A stretch of 64,000 bases of DNA, taken from Eutreptiella sp. 'Long Island Sound 2002' (Eukaryota > Protista > Euglenida). A program made the translations under genes and the position numbers. The notes below the pieces were generated by a model that saw only the letters and a program-made list of their open reading frames with translations, made no database searches and was not told the origin of the DNA. Shown here piece by piece: positions 38,201 through 48,616 of the stretch (its first letter is position 1; each line of letters starts with the position of its first letter). The stretch spans positions 22,506,001 through 22,570,000 of the forward strand of contig OZ038378.1 in the NCBI GenBank assembly GCA_964036045.1. The letters are read 5' to 3'.

Positions 38201-41200
38201 CACAAAGAGGCCATAATCACGTTAATACCAAGAATATGACAAAGGCAATCTACCAGGAATTACGGCCCGTCTAATTGTTACCCTCAGGACATTGCTTCCC
38301 TGTACTGTTGATTATATTTGTGGCAAGCCGTGTAGATTGTGAGGGTGGCTGCTTGAACATTGGCGTTTAAACGAATAGCTAGATCCAATTGCATAGCACG
38401 CACAGACGGTGGCACAACCAAATTATTGTTGCGCAGCAATAATGTTGTTGGGTCACCGTCCATGCTACCTGATTCGGCAAAAGAACCAGGAACAAAGGAA
38501 GAAAAATCGAGGGCGAACGTGCCAATGATACCACAGTGTGTCTCTCTGCACAATTAGTCTCTCAGACAGCCTGCCTTTGAGTCGGAGACACAGCAACAGG
38601 GGGACACAGATTGTTATGGAAACTTTCCTCCCCAAAAAATTCTATTGCATTTGGCAAGTCCACCTCGCAGAGAATCTACCCCAAGAAACACACACCCAAA
38701 ATTGGATAAAAACTACATATAAAGGTATGTACATATATGGGCGTTTTTACCGGGGGGGGGGGGGGGTCAGTTCTGGGGTTTTAACGCAAAGTGGGAGGTT
38801 TTTTTGCCGTTTTTGGATTTTCGGCCAGAGATCGGTATGGACTTTGCCCAAAAGTTGGTCCCCCCCTATTTTAGACATGGAGAATTCAAAAATCAAGGTT
38901 TCGTGGCCCAACAAAACGGTGACGGGGCTATCCGAGGTCCCGAACACGCGCGATTTTCAGGGAATTTGCTGCTACTGGTCTGGCGTACGTACAGGGTTTT
39001 CACGGTGCTTGGCCCGGTGCTCAAACATATTGACACTATGGCAAAAAAAAAAGTAGCACGGGGTCACTGAGGTCGCAAAAAGCGCCAACATAGCGAAAAT
39101 GGCTGAAAACTGCATAAGCTGCAAAAGCGCTCGTCCCACTCCGCTGCATACAACCCCCATGGAGTTAGGACCTGGGAACATTTTTTTGTCTCAAAAATCA
39201 AAAAATTGAAAAAACACCAAAAGATTCATGATTTTCAACCCAAATAAAGGGGGCGTCATTTTTTGACCCCCCCCCCCTCCCCCCCACCTCCCTCAAAAGC
39301 TCCAAAAATTGAATGGATGGATGGATGGAGAGGAAGCATTCCGGGGGCCGCATCCCGAGGCCATGGGGGCCGCATCCCGAGGCCATGATCCCCAAACTAA
39401 GGGCCCATGTCTATGATCGCTTCACTGTCCTAGAGAATGCTTTTCCTGCGGCGCCTGCGGCGCGCCCTACAGCGCGCAGTTTGGGAAACCTGCCTAATTT
39501 GTGGATTTTTTTAGATTCCACCTTGTTGTGCTCCCCGCGGGGCTTGGGGCCCGGTTTTACCATATAGTATGGCCCTTTTATGTAGCCATATTGATCTCTC
39601 CCAACCATGGGGACCTTGAGAAGGCACAAGTTTTGTTACGGGGTGTCCACCCGGGGGCAGGGGTTAGGTAGCCACTATGGCCACATGTGGGCCATTTCTG
39701 ATTTTGTCCCTGTGCTGAGCATTGGGAGCCATTGATTTCTCCCCACTAGCGGGGGACACTTGTTAAATGCAATCGTCAGCCCACGGACAAGGGGCCCCTG
39801 GCACGGGCCGCCGCCACCCACATCGAGCATTGTGTCCGATCCATCTACTCTCCAGGAGGAACCGCTAGCCTTGCTACGCTAGCGGTGCCCCACTCAACAA
39901 TGAGTGTGGGCGAAGCGTGGAGTCGCGTGACCACCAGCGTTTGGTGGCCGTGTGGGATCCCGGGAGTGGAATTGCGGTACACGATGTGAAATGTGGGTTG
40001 CTCCACTTGTTTGTTTGTTTGTTTCACAACCCCATATTGGTGAGTATCGTTGCGCAAGGCAGGCTTGTGACCGTCGGCGTAACCGTTGCGTTGCGCTGTG
40101 TGGAATGGTGAATCTTTGTCCCGTGTTTTGGTGATTTCAGATTTGGTCACGTTTCATCTATCATGTCTTCCATACTTGGGGAGATAGACCAAACAAGGGT
40201 AACATTGTTGTTCCATTCTCCCTGCCCGCAGCTCGCTTTTCATAGATGTGCAGCATAATTTCCTGTGTCTCTCCTCCTACGCCCCTCCTTCTTAACCACA
40301 GTAGAAGGGTGAAACTTCCCTACCACGCTTTACACGTTGAGCCGGAGCCGTAGTCTTCACATTCATGGAGCGATGGTGTCAAAAGATCACCGTGTGCTAT
40401 CCTTGGTACCTGTATGAAAGGTAGTTTTGTTCATCATAAATCATTTTATGAAATATGAACGCAATTTGCTCTTGATGGGGTACCCATGGGCCATTTTGTA
40501 CAAAACTTGGGGGGTTGGGTCAACACCCTCGAGGTGAGTTTTTTTTTTGTGGACCGGGGCTTTTGGAAAAATTGCCATTTTTGCCAGTTTATACAAATTA
40601 TGAAAACATCCTCCCCTGTTCATAATTCCATTCATAATTCCATTCATAATTCAGAACTCGTTTTATGAACGCGCCGATTGTTTTATGAACGCGTTTTATG
40701 AACGCGTTTTATGGTCAAATGCACAGGCACACAAAAGTTGCTCAATTTTCAATCTGTCCTGTACATGTACTTCACTGCTTTTCTTTGTCCCTTGTCCTTG
40801 CTTGTTCTTGCTGCCCTAAACCTCAGGGCTGGGGCCTGTCGGGTCCTCCCAAAGGGGGGCCGTGGCCTGGGTTTCGCCCCCATCCGGGGCCTGGGCATGG
40901 GTTTGGGCAGGTGGTTGGGCTGCGGGTTTGGCCGAGGGTTGCGCCGGGGCATCCACCTCCATGGGGGCGGCCTCAGGGGCAGCTTTGGGCTGGGGCTGAG
41001 GGGCCTGCTTAGCCTCAAGCTTGGGTTTCAGGCTTAGCTGGCTTTGGGGCCGGCTCGGCCGGCGGGTCAGCGTCCGGTTTGGGGTTAGGCTTCTTTTTGG
41101 CCTTGGCGGCCTTCTTACCTGCAGCTGCAGCCTTCTACTGCTCCCAATGGGTCACTGTTGCAGCATGAGAGGCATACAACAGATGCCTCTCAACCCAAAA

Positions 41201-44200
41201 CATCTCCTTTTCCCCTTGGTGTTCCACCCACACTCTCCCCCCCGCCCCCTCCCACAACCGAGGTTACAACCCCCGGGTAGACACCATCGGTGTAGCATAA
41301 ACCTGTTCACCTGTTCACCTGTTCAACCGGGTCAGGTGACTCATCCCCCTCCAAAGAGGGGGGTTCCTCACGCCGCTTTTGCTGCTGCGGCTGCTTCCCC
41401 TTCACCGCCTTCCCATGTGCACGGGGGAGTGCCTGGTCCGACGATGAGCTGCTGCGCGATTCGAAGGACTTGCGCTTCTGCGTGGGGGGCTTTTTGGGTT
41501 GGGTGGGTTTTGGGGGGGGGGGGGGGGGGGGCAGGGCAGGGGGTTTGGGTTTCTCGGCGGGGGGGGGGGGGCTTTGCTGGGGAGGTGCTGCGGGGGCTAG
41601 GGGGGTTCAACCCACAACTGGACAACAGGATCTCCTCGTCAGGAGAGTCCTCCCACCCCAACTCACCAGGCTAGCCCAGCACGGCGTATTCGCCGCCCAA
41701 GTGTCCGTTGGGCGGCGGTACCGTTCCCACTCCCGCAACCCGGACAGGATAGAGCACCCCCGTTGCGGGTTGAGGAGCAGCAGCTGGTACAAGGCGGACA
41801 GGGCGATGCTGAACTCGGCGGTGCCCAGCCGGTAGCGGATGCGGACCCCCGCGACGTTCGCCGGGTTCAGTTCCATGTCCATGACCTGTGATAGTGCCAT
41901 TCATAAAATGCGTTCATAAAACGCGTTCATGGTTCATAAACGGGCAGTGCAGGGTCGCTGAATTATGAACGCCGAATTATGAACGAATTATGAACGAATT
42001 ATGAACGCAGATACCTCGAAATCGGGCTCTGGTCCGACGGTGCCCATGGCGCCCAGGGCGGTCCGGAAATGCGCAGCTGCGCTGGGAGGGGTGCCCTGGG
42101 GGGCGCCCGTAGGGGCCGTGGTGCTGCTGGTGGCCGGGGCTGCCCGGCCAAGGGGCTTGATGGGGCGGGTGATGGTGAGGCCCCCCACGGTCCCCTCGTA
42201 CGAGGCCTCCTGCCCCGGGTCATACACCCCCCCCCCCCAATGGATTCCCACTGGGGGATGCACTCCAACTTGCGCCCGGAGCGCTGCAGCTTCACCCACC
42301 CCCTTCCCTCCCAGTGTAGGAAACACAGTTCCCAATGGGACCCCCGCATCAAGGCCCCCCGCGGAGCGGCATACTCTCCCACGCATGCGGTTGCACAATC
42401 TGCCATATTCTGCTATAGTAGTGGTTTCCCGCCACACAGGCACACATGCAAGTGCATAATCTGCCATGCAGGCATGCACGCACGGCACTATCTACCACAC
42501 AGGCATGCATGTAGTGGCATAATCGGCCACACAGGCACCACATTATCTGCCACACACACCCTCACACACGCAATGGCATCATCCGCCACACGGGCTTGCA
42601 AGCAGTTGCTTGCGGTGACATTTGCCGCCACACAAGCTGTATCTGCCACACAAGCATGCATGCAGGTGCAAAATCCGCCACACAGCCATGCACACACAAC
42701 ATTAGCGGCGACAGTGGCACACATGGAAGAGCATACTCTGCCACACATGCGGTTGCACAATCTGCCATATTCCGCTATACTAGTGGTTTCTGCCACCCAG
42801 GCACGCATGCAGTTGCATAATTGGCCACACAAGGAGGCATGCAGGTGCATACTCTGCCATGCAGGCATGCACGCACTACACTATCTGCCACACAGGCATG
42901 CATGTAGTGGCATAATTGGCCACACAGGCACCGCATGATGTGCCACACACACCCTCACGCACGCAGTGGCATCATCCGCCACACGGGCTTGCACGTAGTT
43001 GCCTGCGGTCACCTTTGCCGCTACACAAGCTGTATCTGGCACACACGCATGCATGCAAGCGCAAAATCTGCCACACAGGCATGCGCGCACAGCATTAGCT
43101 GCAACACTGGCACGCATGCAGCAGCATACTTTGCCACACATGCGGTTGCACAATCTGCCATATTCTGATGTATTAGTGGTTTCTGCCACACAAGCATGCA
43201 TGTTGTTGCATAACCTGTCACACATGCATGCATGTAGGTGCCATGCCACACATGCATGCATGCAGGTGCCATGCAGGCATGCACGCACTGCACTATGTGC
43301 CACACAAGCATGCATACAACCGCATAATCTGCCATGCAGGCGCGCATGCAGGTGCAGAATTTGCCATGCCATCTGCCACACAGGCATGAACACACTCGCA
43401 TAATCTGTCACACATCTATGCATGCAGGCGCATAGTTTGCTACACAAGCTATATCTGCTACACAAGCATGCATGCAATGCATAGTCTGGCACTCAGGCAT
43501 GCACACACCGCATTATCTGCCACACAGGCACGCATGCAGCGGCATAATCCGCTATACATGCGGTTGCACTATCTGCCACATTCAGCCATACTAGTTGTAT
43601 CCGCCACACAGGCATGCATGCGGTTGCATAACCTGCCACATAGGCATGCATGCAGTTGCTGCATCCGCCACACAGGGACAAATACATGTGCATCACAGGT
43701 ATGCATGTCGTTGCATAGCCTGCTACACAAGCTGTGTGTGCCACAGCGGCATCAATATTTTGGCCTAAATCGTCACACAGATATGCAAGTAGTCGCATAT
43801 TCCGCCACACAGGCTGTATCTGCCACGCACGCATGAATGCACTCGCAGTTTCTGTCACACAAGTATGCACATCGTCGCTTACTCTACTGAGCAAGGTGTA
43901 CCTGCCACATAGGCATGCATGCAGTGGTATTATCTGTGCCACATGCATGCATAAGGTTGCATTATGTGCCACATATGCATGCATACCATTGCATAACTGT
44001 CACGCAGGCATGCATGCACGTGTATGATCTGCCACAAGGACACTCATGTAGCTGCACAATGTACCACACAGGCACACATGTAGTGGCCGAATCCGCCACA
44101 CATCCGTGCAAGCATGGGCACATCCTTCACACACCCTATCCTGTACTCGAGAGACCCGAGGGCACGTAAAACACAAAACAAGCCAGGAGCCGCCTGCGGG

Positions 44201-46597
44201 GATGCACGCCGGTGCAACATCGTGATGAACCACCTTGTCCAGCCAGCAACCCGCAAGGGAAGCTCAATATCCAACTGCCGGAGTAAAGCACAAAGCGGAA
44301 AGTGGCGGTTCCCTCGCCCCCCCCACATACTCTGCACAAGTGAGGACTAGGCACAAGGGGTGGTGTATGAGAGCAAGTACAGCATGGTCCACACGCCCAC
44401 ACCGAGTACAAGATTGCCCAAACCCATGCTGCGAGCATCGGGGCAGATCCCAAGAGGGGCCCGAGCACCGCCGTCACATGGGCTGTGTCTGCAGCTGGGT
44501 CCCTGAACTCTTCTCGGCGGGGCATGCATGCACCTCCCAACTTGTACTCTAGCTAGGCCGCTCCCGGCGGCCAACGCCCCGCTCATGGCGGGGCCTGGGC
44601 CCCTCTCCCTAGTACACACCGGGGGCAGGTCAGGTAGGGAGGGGCACGGGCTAGGGGGCAGGGTAGGGCGGGTCAAGAGGGAGCACGAACACAAACCGGA
44701 AGCGAGGCAGAGGAACCAATGGAGGAGGGAACGACAGGGTGTGGGGCGCTCAGTAATCACAATGTGGTGGCAAGTGCGTTGTTCTAGACACGCTCCCCCA
44801 CAAACAGTGGAGTTCGCCCCACCACCTCCACTTGCCACTGTGGGGCAAGTGGAGGGCAGGCTGACGGTGTACCGCAGCTAACAAACTAAGCGAGACGCAG
44901 ACCACAACGAGCCATTCGCCTCACCCGCCGGGACCACCAGTCTCCCAAAAGTTGGTTTCAAGTGGGGGGGGGCTTGGGGGGTCCGGACCAAAAACTCATT
45001 GGGGGATGCGTTTGTTGGACAAAACAATGATTTTACAAGGGGTTAAACTAACAATTCAACCCCTTGGGGTAGGGTACGCGAATAGGCCCAAAATGCGGGG
45101 GGGGGGGGGGGGTATGTGGTGTTTCCCCCTATGTACGCCTGCCTGGCTTTGATCTAACAACCTCTGCGAGGTGATTTGGGTCTGGCGAAATTTAATGCAG
45201 CTGATTGTCCAGCACCAACATTTGGGTTGTGTCCAAACTTCCCGTGCCGAAATTATCCCCAGACGAACTCTCCCCCCCCTGTATGTTTTAGGAGGCGCCA
45301 GCTGGGTGGTGTGCCCTCACGGCCCCCTGAAGCCAACGGGGCTGTAGTGCCGCATTCCGGGAGTCTTTCCTGGCAGGTCCCTTCCTACTGCCTAAGGCAT
45401 GTCCAAGCCGATTGGCAGCACCACCTGTCCTGAGGCATGTCCAAGCCGATTGGCAGCACCACCTGTGCCTTATGGCAGTCAAGGAGTGTGGGTCCTCCCC
45501 AGTTGTGCCACACGTGAGGGCTGCCCTCGCGGGGCAGCTTGCTAGCATGCATCTGTGCCTTCGAGGCCACGTTCCACCCTGATGGGCTCAGTGTAAGGCT
45601 CCCCTAGCCTCCCCCACCGGGGTCTGGAGCACCGGTCCTAACCCAACCCAAGCCCCACTGTACCCCCCCGCCCCTTTGTCCACCCCCCCCCTTTTGTCCA
45701 TCCCCCCCCCCCTGGTCACTTGGCCCATGAACAATCAGAAATCAATAGGGAATCACCGGCGCCAAGGTGCTGAACAAAATTTTTAATTGGGTATACTAGA
45801 ATTTAGGTTATTGTTGTGTGGTGTCCGTCCCCCCCGGGGGTGGGGGGGAACCGTCGTCCCTGGGGGGGGGGGATGGACGGGATATATCTTTAAGAGGGCA
45901 GATGTTTGTCTTTTGAATTTGGGTCTTGTTGTGTTCGGATGTTCCGGGGTTTGATGTGCTTTTATCGCTTCATGTATTGTTCTGTGGTATGCTATTGCGC
46001 CACTGGCGGCCCCAGATTCCTGTCCCTACGCCTGTCCCTGCTCTGGGGCAGGAGCATGTACATACACGAGTGCTGAATCTGGCTGCAACCACAGATTCCC
46101 ATTAGTAGCATGAATTTCTGTTGCATCCATCAGGGAGGGGGGCATTACACCCGTCCCCAACACAGCCGGGTCAGGGCGGCGTTTCCATTGGCAACAGAGC
46201 TTCTCCATCCCCTGCCCCATGTGCCTTCTCCAAGGTGCTGGAGCTGAACCATGCAGTCCCCGACGTGGAAAGCAAGGGCGCTGATGACATCATCCAGTTG
46301 TTCAATGGGAAGGGCGTCGAGTACGACAGCATCCACTCACATTGCTACGCGCGCTATGACGTGAGCCACAACGAACTTGCCAATTGGAACAAGAGCGATT
46401 TCTCGGCAGTGGTGGTGGACGGCGTGGCGGTGTACGACATCAAAACCGGATCGCTCATCCCGGACTGTGACACCAAGAGCCTGCAGGCCACGGACAAGCA
46501 TGCCCTGCAGAGCTATGGGCGTCCCTATGACGCCAACAACAAGCCCAGTACCAAGTACTACTCGCATCCACGTAAGGAGGCGTTGACGGCCCTGTGA
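32012..46597 (+). CDS. Uncharacterised zinc-ribbon + HIT-superfamily (DcpS/aprataxin-like) protein; join(32012-32236,34155-34299,36980-37257,46235-46597), 5'-incomplete
   Basis: Four GT-AG exons join in frame (1011 nt, 336 aa + stop). Motifs: KKCSCGKPCAFTLTECNSCG; YLCFDDLLQLSVAHLNCIPT (HIT N-terminal F.D...A..H.L.IP-like); VIAGFNYPPSQYQLHLQF (DcpS-like YLHY.PSYYHLHVHF). Confidence 0.85.
34155..34299 (+). CDS. HIT-like gene exon: GMTVSLRYESESYLCFDDLLQLSVAHLNCIPTSIYCPDWRLLLKNPKE
   Basis: Acceptor catttcag, donor gtacaa; phases match neighbouring exons. Confidence 0.87.
36719..36942. repeat. 224-bp direct repeat, copy 1 (upstream of the catalytic exon)
   Basis: Near-identical to 37371-37595. 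Confidence 0.95.
36980..37257 (+). CDS. HIT-like gene catalytic exon: (G)LKIVNELFDTCWEAFVKQFYGNDAWRTRMLKGSPSPEALKKHVIAGFNYPPSQYQLHLQFIVPPMVPFHYFQYKNGIHYTPKRFFPIEYVRK
   Basis: Acceptor cgtttcag, donor gtttcc; HIT-like motif. Confidence 0.9.
37371..37595. repeat. 225-bp direct repeat, copy 2 (downstream of the catalytic exon)
   Basis: Differs from 36719-36942 by about two substitutions and one inserted base. Confidence 0.95.
40618..40713 (+). repeat. ~100-bp self-complementary element: (gttcataattc-like)x3 followed by (ttttatgaacgc)x3
   Basis: GTTCATAA and TTATGAAC halves are reverse complements. An inverted copy lies at 41886-42014. Confidence 0.85.
41886..42014 (-). other. 129-nt hairpin-forming GT-AG intron, phase 0
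   Basis: Minus strand reads ttcgag|gtatct...ctatcacag|gtcatg. Removing it joins ORF 41988-42488 and ORF 41607-41900 in frame. The body is gttcataa repeats followed by ttatgaac repeats. Confidence 0.6.
42370..44110. repeat. Degenerate satellite of ctgccacaca/gcatgcatgc units with a ~360-420-bp higher-order period
   Basis: catact..ccacacatgcggttgcacaatctgccatattc recurs near 42370, 42732, 43125 and 43544. Confidence 0.9.
46235..46597 (+). CDS. HIT-like gene last exon: VLELNHAVPDVESKGADDIIQLFNGKGVEYDSIHSHCYARYDVSHNELANW...DKHALQSYGRPYDANNKPSTKYYSHPRKEALTAL*
   Basis: Acceptor ttctccaag, phase 0, GC3-rich coding composition, TGA stop. Confidence 0.85.
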   Translation: MLELNHAVPDVESKGADDIIQLFNGKGVEYDSIHSHCYARYDVSHNELANWNKSDFSAVVVDGVAVYDIKTGSLIPDCDTKSLQATDKHALQSYGRPYDANNKPSTKYYSHPRKEALTAL

Positions 46598-47214
46598 GAC
46601 ACCAGGAGTATTTCTGCCAGGGCAGACTTGCCCACGCCCTCGCCGGCAGAGGCATCTCCAATCCGTATGCAAAGCCCCACGCCTGCCTCCAGCAGTAGCC
46701 TCAGCAACTACGGCATGACCCCTGTATCCTGAAGGAAGCAGGGGGGGTCAAGTGGCCCAGGCCCAGCGCATTCTCTTGAGTTTGTCCTTATTGTTGGGTA
46801 AGGCACGCCCAGTCCGGCAGTTGCATGCAACCGCCGGCGGTTACTGGCCAGCCAACCATCGTCAGTGTCGGTTGACTGAAGTACAGGCCGTTTCCCTATG
46901 GTTCTTGGCCGGTCCTCTGGTGCTCGCCCGCCCTGCCGCTCTGCAGCTGTCTGGCCGCGTCTCCCTCAAGGGCAAGACCAGCAGTCTCTTGGTGCATTTC
47001 ACTGCCCATAACTCCTGTCAAGCCGTCCACAAGGCCATCAGAGCTCGGGGGCAGGGTCAGCCGTGCCCAGGAAGTTTCAACTCTTGCCAGGGGAACGCAA
47101 GGACGGCCAGGAAAAGCATGGAAGGCGTAGGTGTCCCTGCTAAACCACATGGTGGGCAAACTCTCCACGCACACGACGTGCACAGCAGGTCCATAAGGGT
47201 TGTATGTACATTTG

Positions 47215-47252
<38 letters not shown>

Positions 47253-48227
47253 CACGCGCTCCGAGTTTGCTGCCACCCACCTCCATTATCACCGTGACGC
47301 GAATGAGGCGTCGTATTGTTGTGGTTTCTTGCAGATCCGTGTCCCCCCTGATGCAGGGCAAGCCCCATGTTGCCACACAGCATGCATAGTGCGACGATTT
47401 CACAGGACCACCTTTGAGGGTTCAGTGTTCGATGTTGTATGGGACGAGTGTCTGAAAGCAGCCCAACTGCTGCACAAGGTGCAGTGCATGGAATGAAAGA
47501 AAATCGCATTGGAGGGCTGGAGGAATTCGTGGTGGATGTGTAATCAGTGTTTGATTTCTGTGATAGTTGATGTCCCAATGGGCTCTGGCATGGTTTACAT
47601 GGAATCTGCAGTAGTCCCAGAAAGCCCTTTGCCAGTATTTCACCCTCAGTCGGCCCGACTCCAAGCTTCGTCACACACATAGAGATAGAGATGTGCGCCA
47701 AAGACGAGAAGGTTTTCACGTCAGCACCTTGGCGACTGTGTATCAGTCATTCATGCCTTTTGTGTCCAATCCACTCATATTGCGGCCACAGAAGTGCAGC
47801 CGACGCGTGTCATCGCGGCTGGGTGTGGTGTGATGACGGACCCCTCATGGGGGCAGCGAAAATTTCGCAGCGGTTCTGACGTATCCTGCTGGTGATGACC
47901 TGCTCTGAAAGGTTTGTGCGGCACATATCCACCAGTGTGTTGACTGGGCATTGGTGCCGCAGTGGTTCGCACGAGGAGGCTGGGGCATGGATTGCTTTGT
48001 ACATTCAGGCGCTCCGATTTGGTGCATCGGCACATTAGGGGGGTTACGGTCTGCACAGTGCACGCGCAGTCGGCGCAGTGCGCGCGCAATGTATGTGCAT
48101 TCCATAGTAGGATAGTTTTGAGCAGCCAATGGAAAGACGTCATAGTTTTTCGACGTTATCGCAAGAGGTGGTCACGGAGTGGTGTTGGTCGTATTGGTTG
48201 TATTGGTTGTGTGCATGGGTGCCTCGA

Positions 48228-48616
48228 ACTTGATTATGGGGGGAGGGGGGCGGGGAATCCCATCCCGGACCCTTACAGGAGGGTGGGTCCCCGCACAGAG
48301 GAGGAAGGGGGCTTGGGGTGGGGCGGGATGGGTGTGGGTTGAGGTTGGGTGGCTGAAATCCCAGTGCCAACGCCCCGGAAAAAAGTTCCCCACCCCACAA
48401 TATGTACCTTAAATTGACCAGCGCAATGCACTCATCAATTTGAGGTGTATACTGCGGGGGTGAGTACAATTTGTCCGGCGCCTATGGGGCTCGGTTTTCA
48501 GCCGCCCAACCTCAACACATCCAGTCCCGCCCCATTAAATGGGGGGGGAGGGGTCCTTTTACAGGGGAAGGGAGTTTTGGGCAGGACGGGATCCCCCTCC
48601 TCCCCCATAATCAAGT
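48228..48616. mobile_element. ~390-bp foldback/MITE-like element
   Basis: acttgattatggggg at the left end matches cccccataatcaagt at the right end. Internal arms (gttgaggttgggtggctgaaa / tttcagccgcccaacctcaac and taccttaaattga / tcaatttgaggtg) are symmetric about ~48425. Confidence 0.75.

Larger units (their letters stand above)
40750..44840 (-). pseudogene. Degenerate or unannotated spliced coding tract nested antisense in the 9-kb intron of the HIT-like gene
   Basis: Coding-like segments REEFRDPAADTAHVTAVLGPLL...HLCRVCGG, HWELCFLHWEGRGWVKLQRSGRKLECIPQWESIG and VYDPGQEASYEG...PDFE^VMDMELNPANVAGVRIRYRLG, then Pro/Lys-rich tails. In-frame GT-AG intron at 42014-41886; further gtgagt and gtgagg donors; frameshifts. 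Product unidentified. Confidence 0.45.

Noticed and set aside
42001-44027. His/Cys/Ala-rich ORFs
   Set aside because: Artefacts of the gcatgc/ccacaca satellite.
45391-45466. 38-bp tandem duplication (also the 14-bp x3 repeat near 58967-59009)
   Set aside because: Real but ordinary slippage duplications with no further structure.
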